A stretch of DNA of 64,000 bases, from the IMG/VR virus record IMGVR_UViG_3300028585_000002, positions 15,337 to 79,336 of that record; one strand, 5' to 3'. Below, piece by piece: positions 1 to 10,400 of the stretch. Position numbers and translations under genes: made by a program. The notes below the pieces were generated by a model that was not told where the DNA came from, made no database searches, and was given only the letters and a program-made list of their open reading frames with translations. The stretch is from a virus. Taxonomy: Duplodnaviria > Heunggongvirae > Uroviricota > Caudoviricetes. Each line of letters opens with the position of its first letter. Position 1 is the first letter of the stretch.

Positions 1-1117
1 AGGAATCCGAGACTCTTAAAAAGGAACTTCCATCGCGATCTAGCAAATACTTAAAGAAAAGCTTAAAAAATATCCTTTGACCGTTACCAATTTTTTTAGA
101 CTCGCCTCGAATATCGTCCAAGAACTTATTTATACGAAGTAGGTCACTCTCCTCAAACTCTAGCTTTGGGGCTAAGGTGTTTATATCGTCAAGCCCTGCA
201 ATAGTTCCTGAAGCAATCAACTCACCAACTGCAGCGCCGAATCCAGTTAATGGCTGACTCTTATTGAAGATCTTATAAACTTCGCGACCGAACGGGTTCG
301 CGGCGGTTCGCATATCTTCATCCACATCGTCTGGATAAATCCATCCAGGAAATTGGACATCAAATGCATGCGACAACGCTTGGTATGAATCAACGAAGTC
401 GGAAAACTCTATTTTTGCAGAGCTTTCATCCGAGATAAATTTAATCGTTCTTACTGTTTGAAGAATATCAACTCTATCAATCGGAAGCTCGTTCTTTTCT
501 AAGAAAGAAGTATATCCTTCGATTAAATCGGAGAATCGATAATCATTTATCGACTTTACCGAACCTTCATCAACCTGACGCAAAATACTGACACCATTTA
601 ACTCGCCGTCTGCGTACTTTGAGAAAAGGATCTCCAATTGATGACGCAATGTCATAGGAGTTTGTCCGGTATTAAGAGTGAGCATGCGATATAGAATACC
701 TGAATCGCTGATCGAGAGATAAGCTTCAATCCTTATCAGGTATTGCTCAGCTAGGCTATCAAAGTGCTCACGATTATTGTTATATACATCGATTATCGAT
801 AGGGTTCGCTGCAAGCCGTCTAATATTTTTAGGTTTCTAAAATCGGCCAATACTTCTTCCAATAGGTCATCGGAAGAACTTCCTTCTTTTAATTGGGAGG
901 TGGAGGCTAGAACAATTGGTGGTACGATACATCCTTTTAGAATATCCTCTTTGAGTAAGCTATATATACTGCCGCTTTTACTTACTCTGTTGCGCTGATA
1001 AGGGTTATTCTCAATAATATTCCCTGCAAGTTCCGCATAGCTTGCTATGTCCATAACAAACTGGATATTTTGCGAATTAACTTTCTTATCCAGTAACGTA
1101 TAAGTAATTTTTTTCAT
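1..1117 (-). CDS. DUF262-family (ParB/Srx-like N-terminal domain, GmrSD/DndB-type) protein; 3' end lies outside the window
   Basis: Minus-strand ORF read by hand from ATG at 1117 (MKKITYTLLDKKVNSQNIQFVMD...) and running off the window start, not in the ORF track because truncated. NPYQRNRV, IVPPIVL and ILDGLQRTLSI resemble the DUF262 QR / DGQQR signatures. About 38-40% GC against about 62% elsewhere. Confidence 0.5.
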   Translation of the reverse strand, partial: MKKITYTLLDKKVNSQNIQFVMDIASYAELAGNIIENNPYQRNRVSKSGSIYSLLKEDILKGCIVPPIVLASTSQLKEGSSSDDLLEEVLADFRNLKILDGLQRTLSIIDVYNNNREHFDSLAEQYLIRIEAYLSISDSGILYRMLTLNTGQTPMTLRHQLEILFSKYADGELNGVSILRQVDEGSVKSINDYRFSDLIEGYTSFLEKNELPIDRVDILQTVRTIKFISDESSAKIEFSDFVDSYQALSHAFDVQFPGWIYPDDVDEDMRTAANPFGREVYKIFNKSQPLTGFGAAVGELIASGTIAGLDDINTLAPKLEFEESDLLRINKFLDDIRGESKKIGNGQRIFFKLFFKYLLDRDGSSFLRVSDS

Positions 1118-1219
1118 GATTTCCGTGGCTTTCAAAAAGCTATTCCTTACATAATCCGCTTACGCGTAAAAAAGGGCACTGATCGCCAGTGCCCTGTCGT
1201 CTTACATCAGACTCCATAA

Positions 1220-1675
1220 TCAGTCACCGGATACCGAATTGTCCGGCTTGAAGGTGGACACCACGTCGAGCAATGCAGCGCGCTCGGCCTCGGTGCGCAG
1301 CTTAGGGTTCGGCACGTTTGACTGGCGGATTGTTTCGATGATTTCGATCTCGTTCTGGGTCAGCAAAGGCGTCTTGAAGACGAAGTCCTTCAGCGCTTCC
1401 CAGGTATCTGGCTCGTATTCCTGCATCGTCAGCTGGAACAGGTACGCAGCATCGACGCCCAGCGCCTTCGCCATAGTGCCAACCTTGGCCATTGGCAGCT
1501 TCGTCTTACCCTGTTTGATCATCGTGATGATGTTCGGCTTGTTGAAGCCAGCCTCGCGGGCGATGTCCAGCTGCTGCTTGCCGCACAGATTGACTTGCTG
1601 CGTGATGTAATCAGCAACTGTGATGTTAGGCTTGCCAGCTTTTTTTGCGAAGACTTTATCGGAGACTGCGTTCAT
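1220..1675 (-). CDS. XRE-family helix-turn-helix transcriptional regulator
   Basis: HTH segment QQLDIAREAGFNKPNIITMIKQGKTKLP. Clear paralog of ORF 42066..42479 (shared ...LFQLTMQEYEP / LFLLAMREYQPE). Sits upstream of, and co-oriented with, the DUF262 gene. Confidence 0.6.
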   Translation of the reverse strand: MNAVSDKVFAKKAGKPNITVADYITQQVNLCGKQQLDIAREAGFNKPNIITMIKQGKTKLPMAKVGTMAKALGVDAAYLFQLTMQEYEPDTWEALKDFVFKTPLLTQNEIEIIETIRQSNVPNPKLRTEAERAALLDVVSTFKPDNSVSGD

Positions 1676-1706
1676 TTGTGGACCTCTTAACAGATGTTGT
1701 ATTTCC

Positions 1707-1724
1707 GTGACTCTATATAGTCAC
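1707..1724. promoter_or_regulatory. Inverted repeat GTGACTctatatAGTCAC (variant of the window-wide palindrome) with embedded TATATA, in the 5' region of the minus-strand XRE gene
   Basis: Read directly from the sequence; position suggests an operator or promoter for gene 1220..1675. Confidence 0.35.
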
Positions 1725-1892
1725 TGCTGATTTATTTTACTAAACCATTATAGCGCGCCAGTTAGCAAAGAATCATTAACTCGACAGCCCCAAGTGGTCA
1801 TAAGTATTTGATTTCCTGAAGATTTATCGTTCCTGAATTATTTTTTATAACTAGAAACAGAACTTTTCATTGTCGCGAAGCTAACATAAAAG

Positions 1893-1914
1893 TAAGTCGC
1901 AACTGATCTATAAT
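1893..1914 (+). promoter_or_regulatory. Degenerate copy of the recurrent motif with TATAAT -10 element (TAAGTCGCAACTGATCTATAAT)
   Basis: Sequence match to the repeated AAGTCAC-N3-GTGA..ACTATAAT cassette. Confidence 0.35.
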
Positions 1915-1976
1915 CCCTTACAATGATTGCGTACCGGACACAAACGATGCGCCTCTAAACTTGGGAGAATTTTGAA

Positions 1977-2168
1977 GTGAGCAACGCAGTAGTCACAAAT
2001 AAGCAACAAATTATTAGCCTTGAAGACTTCGCCGACCTCCTGGATGCCAGCACTGTTGAAAGTGTTCTGGATCTTGGCGGTACGATCCTGCACCGTGTGC
2101 TGCACCCAGTTATGGGTGCCTTGGTCCTGGTGAATACGACTTCGCTGAACGCATACATGGCTCTGTAG
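1977..2168 (+). CDS. small hypothetical protein (GTG start)
   Basis: ORF-track ORF preceded by GGGAG; followed by a strong terminator. Short, with no recognisable domain. Confidence 0.2.
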   Translation: MSNAVVTNKQQIISLEDFADLLDASTVESVLDLGGTILHRVLHPVMGALVLVNTTSLNAYMAL

Positions 2169-2185
2169 TACCGCTGGACCCAACA

Positions 2186-2250
2186 GCCCGTTAGGCACGA
2201 GCGCAGGACAGATACCAAACCTGCTTGCTCGTCCTGACGGGCTTTTTTAT
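2186..2250 (+). terminator. Rho-independent terminator
   Basis: Long imperfect stem GCCCGTtAGGcACGAGC ... GCTCGTCCTGACGGGC followed by CTTTTTTATA. Confidence 0.6.
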
Positions 2251-2297
2251 ACTTGAACCTATCAGTCACTAATGACTTCATAACGGGAGCAAAAAAA

Positions 2298-4397
2298 ATG
2301 GCACAAAACGACCGTATATACATTATGCGAGAGGCTATCACAAAACTGACGCAAATGTTGGCGGGGCGCGGCATTCAGGTTACGCAACGTGGTATTTCTG
2401 CATACGTGAAGGCCGACACCACCGGTCGTCCATATCACGTCAACCTGCCGTACATCCCCGACAACGCGAACATGGAGCTGCTGGATGCCATCCAGGGCTT
2501 CCTCGATCACGAGGTCGCGCACATTCTGTTCACCGAATTCCCACTGATGGGCCAAGCGCAGAAGTTCGGCGCCGGCGGCATGCTGAACCTGATCGAAGAC
2601 AGCCGCATCGAGCGCGCGATGGCCGGGCGTTTCCAAGGTTCGGCGGAAAACATGGCCCGCATGGGTAAGTTCTTCCTCGACAAATACACCACGCCGCACA
2701 TGAATGCAGCGCTGGAGAGTGGCAACGACCAGGAGCTGATCGCTGTGCTGACCGTGCCGCTGGTGCGCATGATGGCGGGGCAGCAGGTGTTCGCTGAATA
2801 TATGCGCGACAAGATGCATCACGTCCAGGAGCTGCACGACAAGATCAAAGACCTGCAGCCGAAGATCGCGGGCGCCGCATCAACGAAGGACTGCCTGGAC
2901 CTGGCGAAGATTATCGTCAAGCGCCTGCGGGACGGTGAGCCGTCGCCATCGGACGAAGAAGAAAGCGGCGCGATGCCGATCCCGATGCCCAAACCGAAGG
3001 GCGGCAGCGGCAGCAAGGCCCCGAAGGGCAAGGACGAAGGCGAAGAAGCGGGTACGGCGACCGGTTCGCCCACTGCCGGCGACGACGACGCGGGTGACGA
3101 AGGCGAGGAAGAGAAAGAAAAGGGCGCCAGCGCCGGCGGCAAGAAGGAAGACGACGACGCGAAGGGCGACGAAGAAGGCGACGACAAAGAAGCACCGGCA
3201 GCTGGCGACGAAGAAGGCGACGATGAAGAGGCCCCTGCGGCCGGTAACTCGGACGAGGAAGTCGGCCCGGAAGAAGCCCCGGCCGGCGACCTGTCGGCAG
3301 GTGGTGATAGCGACGGCGACGGCGACGAAGGTGGCGGCGAGGCGGGCGGTGGCCCGATGCAAGCGCCCAACGCGGAAGAAGAAATCGACATCGCGCAGTC
3401 GTCCTCGATCTCGTGGGAAGCCATCGACCGGGAAACCGCAAAGGACTATGACGATGTGGCTTCGGGTCTGATCACCGACACGACGGCCAAAGCCGCCCTT
3501 GCTGCTGACTACCTTGTCTACACGACGGACGAAGACATCGTCGAACCGCTCAAGATCGGCAGTGGCTACACCGACTCGATGCTGACCGGTCTGCAGGATA
3601 AGGTCGACCACATGATCGGGCCACTGCAGAAAGACCTGGAGCGCGCCATCAGCGCCAAGAGCCTGTCGCACTGGAACCCTGGCCACCGCAGCGGGCGCCT
3701 GAACTCGGCCGCCCTGTCGCGCCTGGCCACGAACGACAGTCGCGTGTTCCGGCGCAAGGTCGAAGCGACCACGAAGGACGTGGCGGTCATGCTGCTCGAC
3801 GACATGTCCGGCTCGATGGACGGTGAGAAGATCCACACCGCGGCCCAGGCGTCGTATGCGCTCGCGTCCACGCTCGACCGCATCGGCATCCCCAACGAGG
3901 TCATGGGCTTTACGACCGGGGCCGGCATGGGTGGTGGCGACCTGAACCTGCTGCGCGCGGAGGAGGCCAAGATCGGGCGCCAGTACAGCCGCTACGAGCA
4001 GCTGTACATGCCGATCCTCAAGACGTTCTCCGAGCGGATGAGCACGGAGGTCAAGAAGCGCTTTGGCTGGTTGCCGTACACCAGCGCCATGCGCAACAAC
4101 GTGGATGGTGAATGCGTGGAGATTGCCGGCCGTCGCCTGCTCGCCCGCCGCGAAACGGGCAAGATCCTCATCGTCCTGTCCGATGGCGCACCGCACGCAT
4201 ACGGCTACACGAACACGCTGCAGCCGCACCTGAAAAAGGTGGTGGAGAACCTGACGCGCGCCGGGGTCAAGGTCATCGGCATTGGCATTCAGTCCAACGA
4301 CGTGAAGAAGTTCTACCCCAAGAACTTCGTGATCAACAAGGTCGACGAGCTGCCGGCTGTCGTCATGAAGGAACTGCGCCAGCTGATCGCCGGTTGA
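2298..4397 (+). CDS. CobT-like protein (aerobic cobaltochelatase CobT architecture): N-terminal CobT-like region, long acidic low-complexity linker, C-terminal von Willebrand factor A domain
   Basis: RBS GGGAG then ATG at 2298. VWA MIDAS motif LLDDMSGSMDG and ...ILIVLSDGAPH. Asp/Glu/Gly-rich middle region. Immediately followed by the CobS-like AAA+ gene. Confidence 0.65.
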   Translation: MAQNDRIYIMREAITKLTQMLAGRGIQVTQRGISAYVKADTTGRPYHVNLPYIPDNANMELLDAIQGFLDHEVAHILFTEFPLMGQAQKFGAGGMLNLIEDSRIERAMAGRFQGSAENMARMGKFFLDKYTTPHMNAALESGNDQELIAVLTVPLVRMMAGQQVFAEYMRDKMHHVQELHDKIKDLQPKIAGAASTKDCLDLAKIIVKRLRDGEPSPSDEEESGAMPIPMPKPKGGSGSKAPKGKDEGEEAGTATGSPTAGDDDAGDEGEEEKEKGASAGGKKEDDDAKGDEEGDDKEAPAAGDEEGDDEEAPAAGNSDEEVGPEEAPAGDLSAGGDSDGDGDEGGGEAGGGPMQAPNAEEEIDIAQSSSISWEAIDRETAKDYDDVASGLITDTTAKAALAADYLVYTTDEDIVEPLKIGSGYTDSMLTGLQDKVDHMIGPLQKDLERAISAKSLSHWNPGHRSGRLNSAALSRLATNDSRVFRRKVEATTKDVAVMLLDDMSGSMDGEKIHTAAQASYALASTLDRIGIPNEVMGFTTGAGMGGGDLNLLRAEEAKIGRQYSRYEQLYMPILKTFSERMSTEVKKRFGWLPYTSAMRNNVDGECVEIAGRRLLARRETGKILIVLSDGAPHAYGYTNTLQPHLKKVVENLTRAGVKVIGIGIQSNDVKKFYPKNFVINKVDELPAVVMKELRQLIAG

Positions 4398-4419
4398 CGC
4401 CCTAAAAATGATCGCTCGG

Positions 4420-4443
4420 ATAAGTCACAAGTGACTTGCTTAT
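4420..4443 (+). promoter_or_regulatory. Perfect palindrome ATAAGTCACaagTGACTTgcTTAT (recurrent motif copy)
   Basis: Intergenic between the CobT-like and CobS-like genes. Confidence 0.4.
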
Positions 4444-4528
4444 CCGGGTGGTCATCGGTATCATGTTTTCTGTTGCAGCACTAATCGAATTTTTACAACG
4501 GGCGAGTAGCCCACCGTGGAGAACCACT

Positions 4529-5722
4529 ATGACCGAAAAAATCACCTGCAAAATCTGTGGCGCGCAAGAGCACGTCATCAAGACCCACCTGACCAAGGAC
4601 CACCCTGAGTGGACCGTCGAGAGCTACCAGACCAAGTTCCCAGAAGCGCCGCTGATGTCCGCGTTCGCCCTGGAGCTGCTGGAGAAGAAGCGCCGCGAAC
4701 GTGACGCTGCGACCACCGCGGCGTCGGCGTCGACGACGATGGAAATGGCCGGCACCGCCACCGCTTCCGTGAGCACCCTGATCCCGAAGGGCCACCCAAC
4801 GAAGCGTCCGCTGCACGAGACTTTCGATCTCGGCCGCGTGAAAGCAGCCCTGAGCGCTAAAGGCGATCCGATCCCGATCAGCGTGCTCACGGCGCACGAC
4901 CAGCAGAACATGGTTCCGCCGATCTCGGACAACTACGTCTATGACATCGACGAATTGAAGAACGTGATCCTGGCGCTCGAGTTGAACATTCCGTGCCTGG
5001 TCTGGGGCCACAAAGGCTCGGGCAAGTCGGAGCTGCTGGAGCAGGTTTGCGCCCGCACGAATCGTCCAATGCTTCGCGTCCAGCACACGGTCAACACCGA
5101 AGAAAGCCACATCGTCGGGCAGTGGACGGTCAAGGGTGGGCAGACTGAATTCGAACTCGGCCCGCTCCCACTGGCGATGATCAACGGCTGGGTCTTCTGC
5201 GCCGACGAATACGATTTTGGTATGCCATCGGTCCTCGCCGTGTATCAGGCCGTCCTTGAAGGTAAGTCACTGGTGATTAAAGAGGCGCCCGCAGATAAGC
5301 GCATCATCAAGCCAGCGGCGGGCTTCCGCTTTGTCTCGACCGGCAACACGAACGGTTCGGGCGACGAGTCGGGCCTGTATCAGGGAACGATGATCCAGAA
5401 CTCGGCCAACTACGACCGCTTCGGCATGGTGATCAACAAGCGCTACATGGAGAAGAAGGCAGAGAGCCAGATCCTCCAGAACCACTGCAAGCTGGTGGCC
5501 GACGACGCCGACAAGATGGTCGAGTTCGCCACGCTGGTGCGCCAGGCATACGACGGCGCCAAGATGAGCGACACGATCTCGCCCCGTACCCTGATCTACG
5601 CGAGCCGCATCGGCGTGATGCGCGGTTCGTTCCGCGTCGGGCTGCAGCTGTCCTTCATCAACAAGCTGGGCAAGATCGACCGCGAAGTGGCAGACGGCCT
5701 GGCACAGCGGATTTTCGGGTAA
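4529..5722 (+). CDS. CobS-like / MoxR-type AAA+ ATPase
   Basis: Walker A GHKGSGKSELLEQ. N-terminal Cys/His cluster KITCKICGAQEHVIKTHLTKDH. Likely start MTEKI at 4529. Partner of the upstream VWA protein. Confidence 0.65.
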   Translation: MTEKITCKICGAQEHVIKTHLTKDHPEWTVESYQTKFPEAPLMSAFALELLEKKRRERDAATTAASASTTMEMAGTATASVSTLIPKGHPTKRPLHETFDLGRVKAALSAKGDPIPISVLTAHDQQNMVPPISDNYVYDIDELKNVILALELNIPCLVWGHKGSGKSELLEQVCARTNRPMLRVQHTVNTEESHIVGQWTVKGGQTEFELGPLPLAMINGWVFCADEYDFGMPSVLAVYQAVLEGKSLVIKEAPADKRIIKPAAGFRFVSTGNTNGSGDESGLYQGTMIQNSANYDRFGMVINKRYMEKKAESQILQNHCKLVADDADKMVEFATLVRQAYDGAKMSDTISPRTLIYASRIGVMRGSFRVGLQLSFINKLGKIDREVADGLAQRIFG

Positions 5723-5746
5723 TTGGCAGTAGAGGGGATTGGCATC

Positions 5747-6496
5747 ATGAATGAAACGCTCAGCTTCAAAGAAAACATCGGCCTGGTCCACTTCCACGCC
5801 AAGCGTGGGTTTGCAAGGGCACAGCAGGCGGGCGTTCCCCTCTCCTACGACGACATGTTCCAGGAGGCGTCGATGGCCTTCGTGATGGCAGCGCGCGGGT
5901 TCGATCCCGAGGCGGGCGTCAAGTTCTCGGCGTATTACACCCGCGCGGCGCACAGCCACTTCAGCAAGGCGATCGGCAAGTTCACCGGCGTGAAGCGCCT
6001 GACCGACGAAATGAAGGTCGAGATCGCCGAGCGCGACGAGGAGAACGCACGTCGCCGCGCAGCAGCGGAGCCGGAGCTGCCGAGCCTGCACTACGCGATC
6101 GCCTCGCGCAACTTCTCGGACATGGAAGCGGCCGGCGACGAGGGCGGTGATCCGTTCGAATCGTCGATCGCGTCCAACAGCCAGTCGCCCGAGGAGATCA
6201 TCGAAACGAAGCAGCTAATGGACCGGGCGATGGCGAACCTGTCGCCCCTGGCGAACCTGATGGTGGACTGGCTGCGCGACCCACCCCCGGAGCTGGTGAG
6301 CGAACTGCGCAGCCAGCGCGCGCACGCCGCTGTTGCCGACGAAGTTGGCGTGCATGCGCGCGCCATGAAGGAAGGACTTTCGCTCATCACCGTCAAGAAG
6401 TTCCTGACGATGCTGGGTGGCGCCACCGAGCGCGAACTGTCGATGGCGGAATGCGAACTGCGCAACGCCGTCAAGTATATCGAGGAAGCAGCATGA
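5747..6496 (+). CDS. sigma-70 family RNA polymerase sigma factor (regions 2 and 4 only; ECF/group-4-like size)
   Basis: Region 2-like DDMFQEASMAFVMAARGFDPEAGVKFSAYYTRAAHSHFSKAI. C-terminal HTH-like segment. Start MNETLSF at 5747. Confidence 0.55.
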   Translation: MNETLSFKENIGLVHFHAKRGFARAQQAGVPLSYDDMFQEASMAFVMAARGFDPEAGVKFSAYYTRAAHSHFSKAIGKFTGVKRLTDEMKVEIAERDEENARRRAAAEPELPSLHYAIASRNFSDMEAAGDEGGDPFESSIASNSQSPEEIIETKQLMDRAMANLSPLANLMVDWLRDPPPELVSELRSQRAHAAVADEVGVHARAMKEGLSLITVKKFLTMLGGATERELSMAECELRNAVKYIEEAA

Positions 6497-7152
6497 TCGA
6501 ACAAAAAGCCCCTGGCTGCTTCGGCGCCGCGAGTGTCTACAGCCAGGATTCATCGGTGTGCAAGGGCTGTGTGGCCTACGACCAGTGCAACAGCGCCTCG
6601 CTGGCCACCCTGGAGTCGATCCGCGCAACGGTTGACGTGCGCGACCTACTCAAGCGCCACGCTGTCGCTCGCGCGAAAGCCGCGCCGGCGCCGGCCCAGA
6701 CCAAGCCACTCGAGAAGTCGCCGATCAAGGTGGCCCAGCCGAAGGTGGCGAACAAGCCGCTGACCCGCACCACGGCCCAGGAGCGCGTGACGTTCGCCAT
6801 GACGGTGGAGATGACCACCACGATCGAGCGGATCGCCGCCCAGAACAAGAAAGCGGCCGACCAGGCTACGACGCTGTGCAAGATGGGTCGCATCAACGAC
6901 ATGCGCTCCATGCTCCCGCAGCGCATGAACCCGTTCGCAGAGGGCGGGCCAGCTTACCTGCGCGTGGTCTGCAACCACCTCATAAATGGCGGTTTCACGC
7001 GCGCTTCCCTGCGCGTCGCAATGGCCCAGGAGCTGGGCTGGAGCGAGGAGACCGCAGCGTCGCACATTTCGATGGCGATAGCGGTGCTGGGCGCGTTCAG
7101 GATTGTTGGTAAGGACGGTGACAACATCGTTCTGCATCCTGGCCTGGGTTGA
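6493..7152 (+). CDS. hypothetical protein with N-terminal Cys cluster (CxxxxxCKGCxxxxQC)
   Basis: Start overlaps the sigma factor stop (ATGA), so translationally coupled to it. Confidence 0.45.
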   Translation: MIEQKAPGCFGAASVYSQDSSVCKGCVAYDQCNSASLATLESIRATVDVRDLLKRHAVARAKAAPAPAQTKPLEKSPIKVAQPKVANKPLTRTTAQERVTFAMTVEMTTTIERIAAQNKKAADQATTLCKMGRINDMRSMLPQRMNPFAEGGPAYLRVVCNHLINGGFTRASLRVAMAQELGWSEETAASHISMAIAVLGAFRIVGKDGDNIVLHPGLG

Positions 7153-7191
7153 GAGAATTACCGTATCACAACACACAAGAAAGGACACACC

Positions 7192-7425
7192 ATGAACGGT
7201 GGAACCTACAGCGAGGCCCTAAAAGTTGGCTTCAGCGAGCAGCAGGCGGGCTTTCTGGGCCGGCTGGGCGCAGAGACCTACAGCGAGACGCTGGAAGAAG
7301 TTGAACAGCGCCTGCAAGCGGCAAATAGCAAGCGTAACAGCATGCACATCGGCATGGCGATCACCGGCTTCGCGCTGGTAGTGGCCCTGCTCGTGGGCGT
7401 GGCAATCGGGAAGGCATTCGCATGA
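7192..7425 (+). CDS. small membrane protein (single C-terminal TM helix)
   Basis: IGMAITGFALVVALLVGVAIG hydrophobic stretch; stop overlaps the dnaE start. Confidence 0.4.
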   Translation: MNGGTYSEALKVGFSEQQAGFLGRLGAETYSETLEEVEQRLQAANSKRNSMHIGMAITGFALVVALLVGVAIGKAFA

Positions 7426-10400
7426 ACATCAATCACGCCCTGTCAGTACGCAGCGACTTCTCCATCGGGCAGTCGCTGCTGCAGGCAGATCACATCATCG
7501 ACGAGGCCAAGAAGCACGGCTACGAGTCGGTCGCCCTGGTGGACGACATGTCGATCCACAACATGGTCGACTTCTCCAACAAGTGCAAGAAGGCCGGCAT
7601 CAAGCCGATCATCGGCTGCCGCCTGCGCGTCGTTGATGATCCGACCTACCGCAAGCCGAGCAAGGCGTCGGGCGAGGCGGAGAAACCGAACCCGCTCGTC
7701 ATGCTCAAGGTGTACGCCGTCGACGAGACCGGCATCCAGAGCCTGCTCAAGCTGCTCACGAAGGCCAACAGCGCCGAATACTTCTACTATCACAGCCGTT
7801 GCGGCTGGAAGGACGTGATGGAGATGAAGGGCGTCGTTGTCACGACCGGCGACTTCTACAACCTGTTTAGCCACCCAGGCCACGAGGACATCATCGGCGA
7901 CCTGGCGCACCGGTTCGAACACTTCTACTGCGAGCTGACGCCGATCAACACGCCGCTGTTCGACACGCTGAACGCAAAGGCGCTCGCGATTGTGCAGGCG
8001 AACCCTGGCATGAAGACCCTCGTCACCTATCCGTTCATGTACCGCGACGACGCCGACGCCGACACGCTGGAGGTGCTGAACGTCATCACGACGCAGAACA
8101 AGATGTCGACCCCTTGGCGCCCGAAGCAGGCAGTCAAGGAGTTCGGCTTCAAGGCCCCGCTCGACATCGGCAAGCGCATGCTCGCCGCCCACAAGCGCGC
8201 CGCCCAGTGGAGCGGCGTGTCCGCGCCCGACCTGTGGAAGCAGGGCCTGGTCAACATCGAGAAGGTCGCGGGCCTGTGCGCCTACGAATTCAAGAAGCAC
8301 CCGGTCTCGCTGCCGCAGATGGCGCCCAACGAGTTCGAAGCGCTTGGCCAGAAGTGCATCGCCGGCTGGAAGAAGCGTTTTGGCCAGGAAGTGCTGGGCC
8401 ACCGCCCGGCCGCCGCCGACATGCCCACGTATCAGGCCCGCCTGAAGTACGAGCTGTCCGTCTTGAAGAAGATGGGCTTTGCCGGCTACTTCCTCCTGGT
8501 CGAGGATCTGGTCATGTGGGCCAAGAACAACGGGATCATCGTCGGCCCTGGCCGGGGTTCCGTGGGCGGCTCGCTGGTCGCGTACCTGATCGGCATCACC
8601 GACGTGGACCCGATCCGCTTCAACCTGCTGTTCGAACGCTTCATCAACCCCGAACGCCTCGACTTGCCCGATGCCGACTTGGACTTCATGTCCACGCGCC
8701 GCCACGAGGTCATCGAGTACCTGACGGCCAAGTATGGCGCCGACCGCGTCGCCGGCATTTCGAACTTCTCGACCCTGGCGTCGGCGTCTGCCCTGCGCGA
8801 CACCGGGCGCGTGTACGAGCTGGACAACCTGGCCCTGTCGGTGACGAAGCTGGTGCCGAAGGAGCATGGCCAATCCATGACCCTGACCAATTCGGCCGAC
8901 GCGGTCGCTGACATCGAAAAGTTCCGCGATGACCACCCCGGCATCTGGGGCCACGCCCTCAAGCTGGAAGGCGTCATGCGTAACTTCGGCCAGCACGCCG
9001 CGGGCACGGTCGTCGCCGGCGAGCCGCTGGTGAACCGCGCCGTCATCGAGACGCGCAGCGATGGCATCCCGGTCACGAATTGGGACAAGCGCGTCGTCGA
9101 GGACTGGGGCCTGGTCAAGATGGACATTCTGGGCCTGTCCACGCTCGACGTGCTGGAGATCGCCCGTAAGTACATCAAGGACCGTCACGGCAAGGACATC
9201 AGCTACGTGAACCTGCCGCTCGAGGAGCCGGACGTGATGGCGGCCTTCGCGCGCGGTGACACGACTGGCGTGTTCCAGTTCGAATCGCCAGGCATGAAGA
9301 AGCTGCTGAAGGACTTGGCCAAGGGCGGCCCGCTCACGTTCGAAGACATTTCGGCTGCCACTGCGCTGTACCGGCCGGGTCCGATGGATTCGGGCATGCT
9401 CGAGGACTTCGTGGCCATCAAGCAGGGTCGCAAGTCGCCGTATTACGAGCACCCGAACATGGAAGCGGCGCTGTCGTCGACAGGTGGCGTGGTCGTGTAC
9501 CAGGAGCAGGTCATGCAGCTGTCCGTCGACCTGGCCGGCTTCACCGGCGCCGAAGCAGACAACCTGCGGAAAGCGATGGGCAAGAAGGACGCCGACAAGA
9601 TGGCGGAAATGCGCGACAAGTGGGTCAAGGGCTGCGAGGACAAGTCGAGCATGGATCCGATGACGGCGGGCCAGCTGTTCGACAAGATCGAGTCGTTCGC
9701 CGGCTACGGCTTCAACAAGTCGCACTCGGTCGAGTATTCCGTGATCTCGGTGTGGACGATGTGGGTGCGCGTGCGCTACCCAGCCGAATACTTCGCTGCC
9801 TGCCTGTCGATCGTCGGCGACGAGAAGCTGACCGGCCTTGTCAACGATGCGCGCAGCTGCGGCATCGAGGTGCTGCCGCCGGACATCAACATGTCCAGCG
9901 ACCGCTTCACGATCCCGGACGACAAGCACCTGCTGGCACCGTTCAGCAAGGTCATGGGCATTTCGGAGAACACCGCGCGCCGCATCGCTGAACTGCGAGA
10001 GCGTAACCGCGACTGGAAGGTGGCGCGCATCAAGAAAAAGCGCGACGGCACGACGGAGGAGGTATGGGAGCCGGATGACACCTGCCCGATCAAGGGCCGC
10101 TTCGACACCATCGACGAGTTCCTGCAGACCGCTGCGCAGCCGGGATCGAAGGTCAATGCCCGCGTGGTGGAGAACCTGCGTCTGGTCGGCGCCCTTGCCG
10201 CGATCGAGCCTGGCGCCAAGCCGGCCCGCGACCTGTCGCGCCGTAAGGACCAGACCGAGCTGATGCCGGGTCTGATCATCGACGCGGTCAAGGCTGACCG
10301 GACCACGGACGTGACGGAACCCTTCGTGAAGGCGAAGATCATTCACATCGTCCAGGACTACCGCGGCTGCCAAGCCTGTGATCTGTCCGGCCAGCCGCAC

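Noticed and set aside
777-998. 73-aa plus-strand ORF in the left-end AT-rich island
   Set aside because: Lies antisense inside the hand-read DUF262 minus-strand gene; low-complexity product.
2880-4229. 449-aa minus-strand ORF and several Arg/Pro-rich ORFs overlapping the CobT-like gene
   Set aside because: Alternative-frame artefacts of the GC-rich acidic linker region; no RBS and nonsense composition.
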